This document shows, one piece after another, positions 27,958-37,211 of a DNA stretch of 64,000 bases (position 1 is its first letter; each line of letters begins with the position of its first letter). Made by a program: the position numbers and the translations under genes. The stretch comes from Candidatus Krumholzibacteriota bacterium (GTDB taxonomy: Bacteria; Krumholzibacteriota; Krumholzibacteriia; JAJRXK01), in assembly GCA_963764625.1 (NCBI GenBank), contig CAVXTH010000006.1:32001-96000 (forward strand), given 5' to 3'. The notes under the pieces are model-generated. The model was not told where the DNA came from. It worked only from the letters and a program-made list of their open reading frames with translations, and ran no database searches.

Positions 27958-29423
27958 GCACGCCGCTGCCCGTACTCGTAGGACTTGACGGGCAGACTCT
28001 ACTTCCCCGGGAACGAGAACTCCTGCTTCGGTTTCGTCCCCGCGGCGTCGTTCTCTTCAAGCGAAACGTCGATTCGCTCGCGCAACTGCGCGCGCTCTGC
28101 GCTGAAGTCGAAACGCTTCTCGCCACCGAATCGGTCCTTCCGCTCATCGCGGCCGACCAAGAGGGGGGACCGGTCAGCGTGCTCGGCAGGGCCTTGGGGT
28201 GCCCTCCTTCCGCCCGTGCGCTGGGTCTGGCCGATGACCCCGAGCTCACGCGTCGGGTGCACCGGGAAACCGCGCGCCGGGCGCGGCACGCCGGAGTGAA
28301 TTTTCTATTGGCCCCGGTGGCGGACGTAAACCGGCCACAAAATCCGGTGGTGGGGATTCGAGCCTTCGGCGAGCAGAGTGAAGAGGTCGCGGTTCACGCG
28401 GCGGCCGCGGTGCGTGGCTTGCGCGAGGGCGGCGTGTACGCCTGCGCGAAGCACTGGCCGGGACACGGTTCCCCCGTCCGTGACAGTCACCGGGAACCCA
28501 CCGATCTGAAGCTCGAACTTCAAACCTGGCAGAAAGTCGATCTGCCCCCCTTCAAAGCCACGGTTCGCGCGGGGATAGAGGCACTCATGGTGGGTCACCT
28601 CGCTTTCTCCCAGCTCGATCGAAGTGGAACCGTGGCGCCCCTATCTCGAGCGATCCTGCAAGAGGCGAGAACGAGACTGGGCTTCACGGGGATCCTCGTG
28701 AGTGACGCGCTCGAAATGGCGGGCTTCGGCGGCGCCGACCCCACGCACGCGTTGCGGGCGGGGCTCGACCTCCTGCTCTATTCCCGACCTCTGCTGGAGA
28801 TCGAAGATGGGTTGCATTCACTTCGCGAAGCATTGAGTGGGAAAGCGCAACCCTCCGTCGTCTCCATGGGAACCCTCCTTGCTCCCCCGGTCGCCGAAGA
28901 CGGGGAAGCCTACTCCGAAGCGCGCCGACGGGGTCTTCACACTCAGGGTCAGCTGCGGTGGAACGAGACGTCGTGGGTCTTGTGGGATGGGGTGAGCCGC
29001 GATCGGCTCTACCCCTTTCCAGACCTCGGTCCGCGCGGTGGGTCCGATGCCGACGCGTCGCAAAACACGGCCGAGACCGCCATGGAAACCTCGCTGTCGG
29101 GAGTTCTGAACCTTCCTGCGAGGCAGGTCTTCTCCTGGAATCCCCACGCTCTCTCCGGCGGTGGAGATCCGATTCCAGCAGAATCCTGGCCACGGGAGGG
29201 GGAAGGCCTGATTCTCGCGAGCCTGCGTCCCCTGCCGCAGGCGCTGTGCGAGGAGCTGGCAACCCGTACGGCTCGTGGCTCTTGGAGGCCGGCCTGGATC
29301 GTCTTTCTGGGTCTCGGTCTTCGGGGCTCTCTTCCGCCGGGCGAAGTGCCGTGGACACAGCTTCCGGGACTCTGTGAGGAGGATTTCAGGCTGCTTCCGT
29401 CCCTCCTGACGGGGCAGCGTTGA
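27954..29423 (+). CDS. nagZ: Beta-N-acetylhexosaminidase, GH3
   Basis: ADQEGG, APVADV, KHWPGHG..DSH, VSDALEM; recycling-operon context. Confidence 0.88.
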   Translation: MSTPLPVLVGLDGQTLLPRERELLLRFRPRGVVLFKRNVDSLAQLRALCAEVETLLATESVLPLIAADQEGGPVSVLGRALGCPPSARALGLADDPELTRRVHRETARRARHAGVNFLLAPVADVNRPQNPVVGIRAFGEQSEEVAVHAAAAVRGLREGGVYACAKHWPGHGSPVRDSHREPTDLKLELQTWQKVDLPPFKATVRAGIEALMVGHLAFSQLDRSGTVAPLSRAILQEARTRLGFTGILVSDALEMAGFGGADPTHALRAGLDLLLYSRPLLEIEDGLHSLREALSGKAQPSVVSMGTLLAPPVAEDGEAYSEARRRGLHTQGQLRWNETSWVLWDGVSRDRLYPFPDLGPRGGSDADASQNTAETAMETSLSGVLNLPARQVFSWNPHALSGGGDPIPAESWPREGEGLILASLRPLPQALCEELATRTARGSWRPAWIVFLGLGLRGSLPPGEVPWTQLPGLCEEDFRLLPSLLTGQR

Positions 29424-29448
29424 CAGCGGCCAGTTGCGTTGCTAGATT
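29420..29448 (+). promoter_or_regulatory. Sigma70 promoter of tRNA-Asp
   Basis: TTGACA-N17-TAGATT with TG extension; -35 overlaps the nagZ stop codon. Confidence 0.7.
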
Positions 29449-29497
29449 CCCTCTCCGCTTCATCCTTGGGCGCCACAGTGCGCCCGTAGCGGCATTC

Positions 29498-29575
29498 GGG
29501 GGCGTAGTTCAGATTGGTTAGAACGCCGGCCTGTCAAGCCGGAGGTCGCGAGTTCGATCCTCGTCGCTCCCGCCA
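29498..29575 (+). tRNA. tRNA-Asp(GTC)
   Basis: GGGGGCG/CGCTCCC-GCCA acceptor, anticodon loop CT-GTC-AA, T-loop TTCGATC. Confidence 0.96.
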
Positions 29576-29584
29576 TTCGTCGCC

Positions 29585-29613
29585 AAGCCCGCCCCTTTCG
29601 GGGGGCGGGCTTT
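29585..29613 (+). terminator. Terminator after tRNA-Asp
   Basis: AAGCCCGCCCC-TTTC-GGGGGGCGGGCTTT. Confidence 0.75.
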
Positions 29614-29729
29614 CGCATGTCCCTTTGTTGCGGCCGAGAGACTGGCGGACGAGGGTCTTTTGTAACAGATTTAGTAACGGTGCTGGCGCTGCTCGACCCT
29701 CCACCTGGGCAAGCGTCGCACCATATGAG

Positions 29730-29768
29730 TGCGCTCCCCGGTGCCGTGCCGGGGAGCGCGATTTGTTT
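29730..29768. terminator. GC-rich hairpin downstream of the mocA-like gene
   Basis: GCGCTCCCCGG/CCGGGGAGCGC stem. Confidence 0.55.
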
Positions 29769-29790
29769 CCCGCCTTTTTCTCCTGCTGAT

Positions 29791-30372
29791 TCAATCGACG
29801 AGATCTTCGGGCGCATTCCAATTGCGCAGAACTGTTCGCTCGTCCACTTCGACTCTCCGCAGCTCGTGTGCATCCAGCTGTTGCAAGCTCGTGCGCAGCG
29901 ATTCTTCGGGTTGGCTGCGGATCCGCTTCACGGCTTCCCGCGTAAGCGCGAGAGGATGGCCTCCCTTGCCCCGGTAGGTGGGCTTGACCACGAGGCAACC
30001 GCGGAGCGCGCTTTGCAGTTTGCGCAGGACTTCAGGGCCGGCCGGGCCGCTGTCGACCGGCTGCAAGAAGAACGCGGGATACTCCTGGGTCCAGGCGATG
30101 TCCAGCGCCCGCCGGACGGAATCCATCATGGGTGCCAGAGCGTCGGCTCCGCCATGGAGAATGAGTCCCGGTAGTGGGGGCTGGGCATTCAGGGCTTCAG
30201 CGACTTCGTCGTTGACCACGGCGTGCACCGAGCGAAGTCCGAAGTCGAGGTAGGCCCGCGCGACTTGATGGAGCAGAAACGAACCGTCGAACTCAAGGAG
30301 CGCTTTGGAAACGCCCATGCGGCGTCCCCGGCCGGCCGCGAGGACAAGAGCGGTTTCGATTTCAAGCGCCAT
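29791..30372 (-). CDS. MocA/MobA-like molybdenum cofactor nucleotidyltransferase
   Basis: LVLAAGRGRRMG..KALL, PVD, GGHP, NWNAPED; adjacent to xdhC. Confidence 0.85.
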   Translation of the reverse strand: MALEIETALVLAAGRGRRMGVSKALLEFDGSFLLHQVARAYLDFGLRSVHAVVNDEVAEALNAQPPLPGLILHGGADALAPMMDSVRRALDIAWTQEYPAFFLQPVDSGPAGPEVLRKLQSALRGCLVVKPTYRGKGGHPLALTREAVKRIRSQPEESLRTSLQQLDAHELRRVEVDERTVLRNWNAPEDLVD

Positions 30373-31241
30373 CGTCCGCCGTCGGCAACGAGGTCGAGAG
30401 GGAGGAGTGAGGGTTCTTCGGAACCTCGCGCGTGGTGGATTCGATTCAGCGAGGCCATGCTGGCCGAAAAAACTCTCTCCTGGCGTCCACGGTGGTGAGC
30501 GATGAGTTCGGCCACGATGGCCACCGCGATTTCCTGAGGGGTGATCGCACCGATGTCCAGTCCGATGGGCATGTTCACTTGGCCGAGTTGATCCTCGTCG
30601 AAACCCTTTGCTTTACACCTCGAGATGGCACGCGTGACTTTCGAAAGACTCCCGATCACGCCCAGATAGGCCGGTGGCGATTTCAAGTAGTGTTCGAGAA
30701 CGGCCTGATCCTGCTCGTGTCCGCGGGTGACCACGACCACGAAATCTCGTTCGCGAGTCGGGAGCTCCTCGATGGCTTCCTCGACGCTCGAGTTGAGAAT
30801 GCGCTTTACCGAGGGGTAACGTTTCGGGTTAGCCCACTCCTCGCGCTCGTCGATCACCGTCACCTGGAAGCCGCATTGCGCAGCCAGAGTCGCGGTGGGT
30901 TGCGCGACGTGTCCGGCGCCGTAGATGAGGAGCCGGCGAGTGGGTTCCAGGACCTCACAGAAGATTTGCATCACCCCTCCGCAACACATTCCCAGTTCGG
31001 CGCTGAGCTTGTATTCGACGATTCCACTCTTTCGCTTTTCGAGCATGGCGGCGGCATCTTTCAGCGCGGCCGCTTCGACGGCGCCCCCACCGATAGTTCC
31101 CTCGAAGCTCCCGTCTTCTGACAGGAGCATCGAGGCTCCGACCTCCTGAGGTCCCGAACCGTCGACCCGGATCACCTTGAGGTGAGCCACGGTTTTGCCC
31201 CGCTCCAGGGCGTCTGTGATTCGGCGATAGAAATCGTGCAT
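30189..31241 (-). CDS. xdhC: XdhC/CoxI molybdenum cofactor chaperone (3' end uncertain)
   Basis: GTIGGGAVE, LGMCCGG, GAGHVA, VTRGHEQD, YLGVIGS, PIGLDIGAITPQEIAVAI. Confidence 0.9.
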   Translation of the reverse strand: MHDFYRRITDALERGKTVAHLKVIRVDGSGPQEVGASMLLSEDGSFEGTIGGGAVEAAALKDAAAMLEKRKSGIVEYKLSAELGMCCGGVMQIFCEVLEPTRRLLIYGAGHVAQPTATLAAQCGFQVTVIDEREEWANPKRYPSVKRILNSSVEEAIEELPTRERDFVVVVTRGHEQDQAVLEHYLKSPPAYLGVIGSLSKVTRAISRCKAKGFDEDQLGQVNMPIGLDIGAITPQEIAVAIVAELIAHHRGRQERVFSASMASLNRIHHARGSEEPSLLPLDLVADGGRWRLKSKPLLSSRPAGDAAWAFPKRSLSSTVRFCSIKSRGPTSTSDFARCTPWSTTKSLKP

Positions 31242-31384
31242 CTTCAGCCTCGATCTGCGGCACTGGTCCCGTGGGGAGCTTGACTCTATTTTAACAGTCT
31301 CGGACCCTATTCGTCCGGCAGTATTCAAGGTAGGCGAGGGCGCGGTCAACTGCCCCTCCAGAGTCCCATTTTCACTCCGGAACC

Positions 31385-32356
31385 ATGTCGACGAAAGCTC
31401 GCTCCTACTGGGCCGCCTCCAAAGACCTTCGCCGGGAACTGGGAGAGGTCCTGGATCAAAACGAGTTGAAGCGCCTGCATCGCCGCAGCGCCCCCCGGCA
31501 TTTCGCGGTGGCGTTGCGCCTGGTCGCGATCACGGTCTTGTGCATCGTGATCCTGCTGCGCTTCGACGCGCGCTACTGGTGGCCGCTTCCCGCCACTCTA
31601 CTGGGCTTCTGCTATTTCGATTTTACCGTCCTGCTGCACGAGGTGGTGCACAAGACCGTTTTCAGCTCTTCGCGTCCACGATGGTTGCGCGCCCTGTCGG
31701 TGATGTACGCCGTGCCCAGCGGCATCTCGGCTTCGCAATTCACGCGCTGGCACCTCGATCATCACGACAATCTGGGAAGTGGGGTGGACGACCCCAAGCG
31801 ACATTGGCTGAGTCCGAAGAAGCGTTCCCGTTTCGTGAAGCTGCTCTACTGGACTCCTTTCCTCATTCCCATCTACTTCACGGCGGCCAAGAGGGAAACC
31901 GCCTCGTACGAACCCGAGCTTCGACGCACCATCGCTCTCGAGCGAAGCCTGACCATCCTGGTCCATCTCGGATTCCTAGGGGCGCTCTGGTATTGGGGCG
32001 GATTCTCCCCAGCCCTGCGGGTGTACCTCGTCCCCTATCTGATCGTGTTTCCCATCGCTTTCAGTCTGAACCGTCTGGGTCAGCACTACGCCATCGATCC
32101 TTCGGATGTCGCGCGTTGGAGCACCAGAATCGACGGGAATCCCTTTTGGCGGTGGATCTTCCTCTACTCGAATTACCATCTCGAGCATCACTACTTTCAG
32201 AACGTGCCATTCTACAATCTGCAGCGTTTGAATCGAATTCTGTGCGAGTTCTACACGGCCCACGGCATTCCCAACTACGGTTATGGGCAGATCCTGCGAG
32301 CGTGGTTCGTGGACAACGAGGCGCCGCACACGCGCTGGGCTTGCGAAAACGAATGA
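31385..32356 (+). CDS. Fatty acid desaturase family membrane protein
   Basis: His boxes HEVVH, HLDHH, HLEHH. Confidence 0.88.
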   Translation: MSTKARSYWAASKDLRRELGEVLDQNELKRLHRRSAPRHFAVALRLVAITVLCIVILLRFDARYWWPLPATLLGFCYFDFTVLLHEVVHKTVFSSSRPRWLRALSVMYAVPSGISASQFTRWHLDHHDNLGSGVDDPKRHWLSPKKRSRFVKLLYWTPFLIPIYFTAAKRETASYEPELRRTIALERSLTILVHLGFLGALWYWGGFSPALRVYLVPYLIVFPIAFSLNRLGQHYAIDPSDVARWSTRIDGNPFWRWIFLYSNYHLEHHYFQNVPFYNLQRLNRILCEFYTAHGIPNYGYGQILRAWFVDNEAPHTRWACENE

Positions 32357-32384
32357 GGCCACCCAAATCCTGGGTGGCCTTTCC
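32356..32384. terminator. Hairpin between convergent desaturase and rpmB
   Basis: AGGCCACCCA-AATCC-TGGGTGGCCT. Confidence 0.7.
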
Positions 32385-32413
32385 ATTTGATTCCCGAGCG
32401 TTTTTTCGTGAAC

Positions 32414-32650
32414 TCAGATCTTTACGCCCCGTGCCCGCATCTCGCGTAGCACGGTGGTGATGCCCTTCTTGGAGATGGTCTTCATACCCTTGGCGCTGAC
32501 CGTGAGGCTGATCCAGCGATTCTCCTCGGGGATCCAGAAACGCTTCTTGTGCAGATTGGGCAGGAAGCGGCGCTTGTTCAAATTGTGGGCGTGGGAGACC
32601 AAGTTGCCCGCCATGGGGCGCTTTCCCGTCACCTGACAGACTCGCGACAT
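32414..32650 (-). CDS. rpmB: 50S ribosomal protein L28
   Basis: [26 protein letters not shown]. Confidence 0.97.
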   Translation of the reverse strand: MSRVCQVTGKRPMAGNLVSHAHNLNKRRFLPNLHKKRFWIPEENRWISLTVSAKGMKTISKKGITTVLREMRARGVKI

Positions 32651-32829
32651 GATCGAAACTCCTCTTTTACCTGCTCGCGGCGGCTCTCTCGCCTCGGCGC
32701 GCGATCGGGGGCTTGCTTTTCAGAACGCTGCGCGCGCTGATGGTTCTGCCCAGCCCAGCGGCCTACTAGTATATCGATGTGGACGGCCTTGGCAAGGCTG
32801 GGGAGCCTTCAGGAGCGCGTGAGAGGCGC

Positions 32830-33261
32830 TCAGTCGTCGCCAAAGGGGCTCGCCGGGCCCTTGCGCTGGAAGTTCTGGAAATCGTCGTCCAGGGCGCTAA
32901 TTCGTTTTTTCTTCGCCGGCTCCTCACCCTCACGAAACAGGGATTCCAGCTTGGCCTGTTCCTGCGCCATCTTCTGGTCGAAGGCCTTGATGTCCTCCGC
33001 CAGCCCGCTGTCGTCCTCGGCCCTAGGAAGGGTCTCCAGTTTGAGATGGTCGCGGATCTCGTAGCGTTCGTCGTAGGCCGAACCCACCCGGACCAGGATC
33101 TCGTCTTCCACCAGCCCTCGAAGCAGAAAGCCGACTTTCTCGTTCGGCCAGCCCAGAAGCTCGGTAATTTCCTCGGCTTTGGGAGGGTGCTGCCGTTGAT
33201 GGGAAAGCATGCGGATGCAAGCCACTAGGAGATGTCCTTCTCGATACGGCACCTTGATCAT
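32830..33261 (-). CDS. Hypothetical protein, winged-helix-like N-terminus and coiled coil
   Basis: GGAGGAG RBS; PKAEEITELLG..LLRGLVEDEIL pattern; acidic helical tail. Confidence 0.7.
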   Translation of the reverse strand: MIKVPYREGHLLVACIRMLSHQRQHPPKAEEITELLGWPNEKVGFLLRGLVEDEILVRVGSAYDERYEIRDHLKLETLPRAEDDSGLAEDIKAFDQKMAQEQAKLESLFREGEEPAKKKRISALDDDFQNFQRKGPASPFGDD

Positions 33262-33399
33262 CAGCTCCTCCTTCCCTCCATACCGCAATGCTAGCTCCGA
33301 GTTCCTGGCCATGCCAAGCCCGAAGCGGCACCTCTTGCGCGGAATTCGGCCGAACACCTACTCTGAAGAAGAGTCCGGGGTTCTCCTGAGGAGGCAAAA

Positions 33400-35661
33400 T
33401 TGCAGCTCTTGGTTTGGCCGCTCCTGGCCCTCCTGACCCTGTCGCCCCCGGTGCTCAAGGGCGCGGATGAATGGCCGGCCGGCGCTCTCACGCCGCGGGT
33501 GGACCAACCTCCCTTGGTGGGGGAGGGACTCAGCCGCGGCGTCCTCCTGACGCGGATCGACAGCCTCACCACCCTGTATCGCGACGAGAGCCGCATCGAT
33601 CGCGGCCGCCTCGCCTATCGCATCGCCCAGCTCTATCTGTCGACCGGTTTGCTCAAGCACCACCGAATCGCTCTGGAGTATCTCGAATCCGCGATGCAGG
33701 CCGACTCCTCGCTCTTCGGCGCGCAGAGGTTACGCGCCTCCTTGGCACAGTCGATGAAGTACACCGGTCAGGCGCGTCGCTGGTACCTCGACCTGTGTCG
33801 CGCCTTTCCCACCGACGGGCGTGCGTGGCGCCTTTTGGGGGCCTTTCATTTCGAGCAAGCGCGGCGCGTCCTCGATCGCGATGAGTTCGAGACGGCGGCG
33901 CGCGCGTATGCCCGCGCGGTCCGGGTGGACTCGACCGACTGCCGTGCGCGGCTGGGTCTTTCCGCGAGTCTTATCGGCCTCGGCCGGTACGAGAAGCTCC
34001 CGGCCCTCCTCACGCCCGTCGTGGCGAACGAGTCGTTCGCGCAGTCTGCGCTCCTGATGCGCGCTGCCGCGGACCGCGCTCTGGGGGAGGAAGGGAGTTC
34101 CGCGGCCGATTTCGCGCGCGCTCTCCAGAACGCTCCCCCCGAGCTGCGAGAGACCTACCTGTACGGGCGCGAGTTTCTGGACAAGAGCGAGACCATCCAA
34201 CGCTTCGCGGCCCGGCTCGACCCCGAGCTCTTGAAGCAGGGAATGAAGGAAGTCGATCCCCACTGGAGAGACGAGGACGGTCTCGATCTCGGCAAGGCTC
34301 TGGGCGACAGTCTCGTTCTGCGGAGGGCCATCGAGGAATACTGGCGGGCCAACAACCCCTGGCCTTCCCACCTGACGAATCTGAGTCGGCTCGAGTACTG
34401 GCGGCGTCTGGTGGAAGCGGAAGTCCTCTTTGGCCGTCCGGAGGAAGGAGTGCCCGGCTATCGTCGCGAGCCGGGGGTGGCCTGGGTGCGCTGGGGACGT
34501 CCCGAGTCTTCGCTCTACCTACCCCCGGTCCATGGGGCGCGCTTGGATGATCTGGCCACCTTCGCCCTCGACCTGAACATGGCGTTGCCGCCGCCGGACG
34601 TTCCCCTGTGGGTTTGGGGTTATCGGGAGGGACCGTACCGCTTCGCCCTGGTGTTCCAGGACGTGGCGATGAACGGGAATTGGAACGCGCAGACGAGCAC
34701 CGCCAAGCGCCTTCGGCTCGCCAAGAGGGCCGCCCCTCTGGCCATCGAACCCCCCACGGTGCAGGCTCCCAGCTGCCGGATCTACCTCGCGTCCGCCGCT
34801 TTCTACCGGCCCAAGGGAGCCGCGACCCTCGAGAGTTATCTGGAGATCCAGAGCACGAGGCCGGACAGCTCGTTCTCCGCCGGCGAGCGAAACTTTCAGG
34901 TGGAGTACGGCATCTTCGACGCACAGGAGCGCCGCATCGAATATCGAAAAGAGGTTCTGGGAGTGAACGCTCGCCGGGGTGCCCTGCGCGAGAAGCTCGG
35001 CCTGTCCCCGCGGCAGGGGGACGACGATCCCTGGCTCGCGGAATTCGCAGCCGACCTGAAACCGGGACGCTACCGGATCGCGGTGGACGTGAGTGGGGTC
35101 GAAGGCAAAGACCACCAGGCGCGGCAGATCGCCCTGCTCATTCCCGAGCGCCCCACGCGCGAACTTTCGTTGAGCGATCTGCAGCTGGCCTCCACTTTCG
35201 AAGCTCTCCGGGACGGCAGTGAATTACCGGCCTCCATGGTGAAGCACGCGTTCGGTATTCTGCCCGTGCCCAGCGGAGTCTTTCCCCAGGCGGCCAAGAC
35301 GCTCTACGTGTACTACGAAGTCTATTACCTGTGCCGGGATCCCGAACAGAAGACGCATTTCGACGTTAGCTACCGGGTCTACCGCCGCAAGGACAAGGAC
35401 CACACGAGGGTTCTCACCCACCGCGTGGTTCAGGGCCTGAGCCCGGTCGATCCGCTTTCCCTGGGCTATCTCGAGGAGACGACCGCGGTATCCCCTCACG
35501 AGCACGTGGTGAAGGGGGGGATGGTGGACATCAGTGGATTGGAAGCGGGGCGCTACGTGCTGGAGGTGGTGGTGCGCGATCGAGTCTGCAAACAGGTGGC
35601 GCGTTCCTACGCTGCGTTCAGCAAGCAAAAAGGGCCGAACCCAGGAGCCCCAGTGGAATGA
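33400..35661 (+). CDS. Secreted TPR + GWxTD-like domain protein
   Basis: Signal peptide, TPR-like helices, EYWRRLVEAEVLFG..GYRREPGVAWVRWGRPE, LSLSDLQLA and YVYYEVY beta-domain motifs. Confidence 0.75.
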   Translation: MQLLVWPLLALLTLSPPVLKGADEWPAGALTPRVDQPPLVGEGLSRGVLLTRIDSLTTLYRDESRIDRGRLAYRIAQLYLSTGLLKHHRIALEYLESAMQADSSLFGAQRLRASLAQSMKYTGQARRWYLDLCRAFPTDGRAWRLLGAFHFEQARRVLDRDEFETAARAYARAVRVDSTDCRARLGLSASLIGLGRYEKLPALLTPVVANESFAQSALLMRAAADRALGEEGSSAADFARALQNAPPELRETYLYGREFLDKSETIQRFAARLDPELLKQGMKEVDPHWRDEDGLDLGKALGDSLVLRRAIEEYWRANNPWPSHLTNLSRLEYWRRLVEAEVLFGRPEEGVPGYRREPGVAWVRWGRPESSLYLPPVHGARLDDLATFALDLNMALPPPDVPLWVWGYREGPYRFALVFQDVAMNGNWNAQTSTAKRLRLAKRAAPLAIEPPTVQAPSCRIYLASAAFYRPKGAATLESYLEIQSTRPDSSFSAGERNFQVEYGIFDAQERRIEYRKEVLGVNARRGALREKLGLSPRQGDDDPWLAEFAADLKPGRYRIAVDVSGVEGKDHQARQIALLIPERPTRELSLSDLQLASTFEALRDGSELPASMVKHAFGILPVPSGVFPQAAKTLYVYYEVYYLCRDPEQKTHFDVSYRVYRRKDKDHTRVLTHRVVQGLSPVDPLSLGYLEETTAVSPHEHVVKGGMVDISGLEAGRYVLEVVVRDRVCKQVARSYAAFSKQKGPNPGAPVE

Positions 35662-35820
35662 AGCCCCTCCCCGCGGCACGGTTGGATGCGCGGGGTTCCC
35701 CCTCCCCCCGCACCAACAGGTGCCGCCCTCAGGATATGGGCGACCACCAGGGGCTCCTGGGTTCAGCCCAGGATAACCGGGTCCGATAATTGAACTTACT
35801 GAACCCGGCCTTGCTTGCTT
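35620..35820 (-). ncRNA. Candidate structured ncRNA (rod-like; possibly 6S-like or novel)
   Basis: Nested inverted repeats 35620-28/35811-19, 35632-51/35750-69, 35673-79/35720-26; mismatches become G:U on the minus strand; TTGACG-N17-TATACC upstream. Confidence 0.6.
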
Positions 35821-35957
35821 CAGGTATACGACGCTCTCGATCGAACGTCAAGTCTGCTTCTTTGCGAGCGGAGCTTCCCCTTGCCGCGGGCCCAAGCTCG
35901 TCGTAGAAAGGCAAGGGCCATTCGCCGGCATACCCCCCTTTTCGATGCGAGGCAACC

Positions 35958-37193
35958 GTGTCGCAGCGTTCAGTCAAATCGCTTCGCCATCGAGATTTCT
36001 ACCGGGACCTCGAGAAGCTCCTGACCCAGATCGATCACGCCCAGGGCTTCGAAGAGATGCTGAGTGATCTCCTGGAGAAGGTGATCAAGAGCTACGCCGA
36101 GTACATCGGGCTCGAATCGGCCCGCCTGTATCGGGACGAAGGTGACGCCTACGTGGTGCTGCGCTCCTTCGGTGCCAAGGGTACGCAGGTCCTGGGGTTT
36201 AAGGTGGACCGCGGCTACGAGGTCCTGCGCCAGCTCCCGCCGCATCAGACCAAGTTCTTTCCTCCCGACGATCCAGCGGTGAACCAGGAGCTGGAAAAGG
36301 CGCTGGGCGTACGCCAATTCGCGGCGTTCCTGGTGGGGCCGGCGCGTGACTACATCGCGGCCTTCGGTCTGAGCGATGATGCCGACATCCAGGAAGCCAT
36401 GCTGATTCTGAGCACGCTGCGGCACGCCATCGACACCCGCTTGCGCCAGAAAGATCTGGAGGGACAGCTGCTCGAAGCCCACTCGATCCAGACCAGTCTC
36501 TTCCCCGAACGGGCCGGCGAGTTCGAGGGCTACGAGATGACGGGTCGCAGCATTCCCGCCGACCAGGTCGGGGGCGATCTCATCGATTTTCTCCCCATCA
36601 GCGCCACTCTGATGGGCCTCGCGGTGGGGGACGCCTCGGGCCATGGCCTGCCGGCGGCCCTCCAGGCGCGCGACGTGATCACCGGGCTTCGAATGGGAGT
36701 GGAGAAGGACCTGAAGATCACCGCGGTCTGCGAGCGCCTGAACCGGGTGATCCATCGAAGCGGTCTCACCTCGCGCTTCGTGAGTCTTTTCTTCGGCGAA
36801 TTGGAACTCAACGGTAACTTCGTCTACGTCAATGCCGGGCACGATCCAGCTCTTCTCTTGCGCAAGGGGAAAAGAGGACAACTCTTGAAGTCGACGGGGC
36901 TCGTTCTGGGTCCGATGAAAGACATGGAATACCGTCGGGGATTGGTGAACCTGGAACCGGGGGACATGCTCGTCATGTACACCGACGGCATCGTGGAACG
37001 CCAGGGCCCCGACGGCGAGTACGGCCTGCCACGCTTGAGGGAACTCCTCCAACGCGGGTTGGAGGACGATCGGGGAGTAGAGGAGATTCTCGACGGCGTT
37101 TTCGACGACGTCAGTCGCTTCGGGCAGGGTCAGGAATGGGCCGACGACGTCACCATGATGATCGTCCGCCGCAAGATGCCCGCAGGAAAGTAG
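35958..37193 (+). CDS. PP2C/SpoIIE (RsbU-like) phosphatase with GAF-like domain
   Basis: VGGD, GDASGHG, NAGH, YTDGIVE, DDVT motifs. Confidence 0.92.
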   Translation: MSQRSVKSLRHRDFYRDLEKLLTQIDHAQGFEEMLSDLLEKVIKSYAEYIGLESARLYRDEGDAYVVLRSFGAKGTQVLGFKVDRGYEVLRQLPPHQTKFFPPDDPAVNQELEKALGVRQFAAFLVGPARDYIAAFGLSDDADIQEAMLILSTLRHAIDTRLRQKDLEGQLLEAHSIQTSLFPERAGEFEGYEMTGRSIPADQVGGDLIDFLPISATLMGLAVGDASGHGLPAALQARDVITGLRMGVEKDLKITAVCERLNRVIHRSGLTSRFVSLFFGELELNGNFVYVNAGHDPALLLRKGKRGQLLKSTGLVLGPMKDMEYRRGLVNLEPGDMLVMYTDGIVERQGPDGEYGLPRLRELLQRGLEDDRGVEEILDGVFDDVSRFGQGQEWADDVTMMIVRRKMPAGK

Positions 37194-37211
37194 AGGACGG
37201 AGGGACAATCC

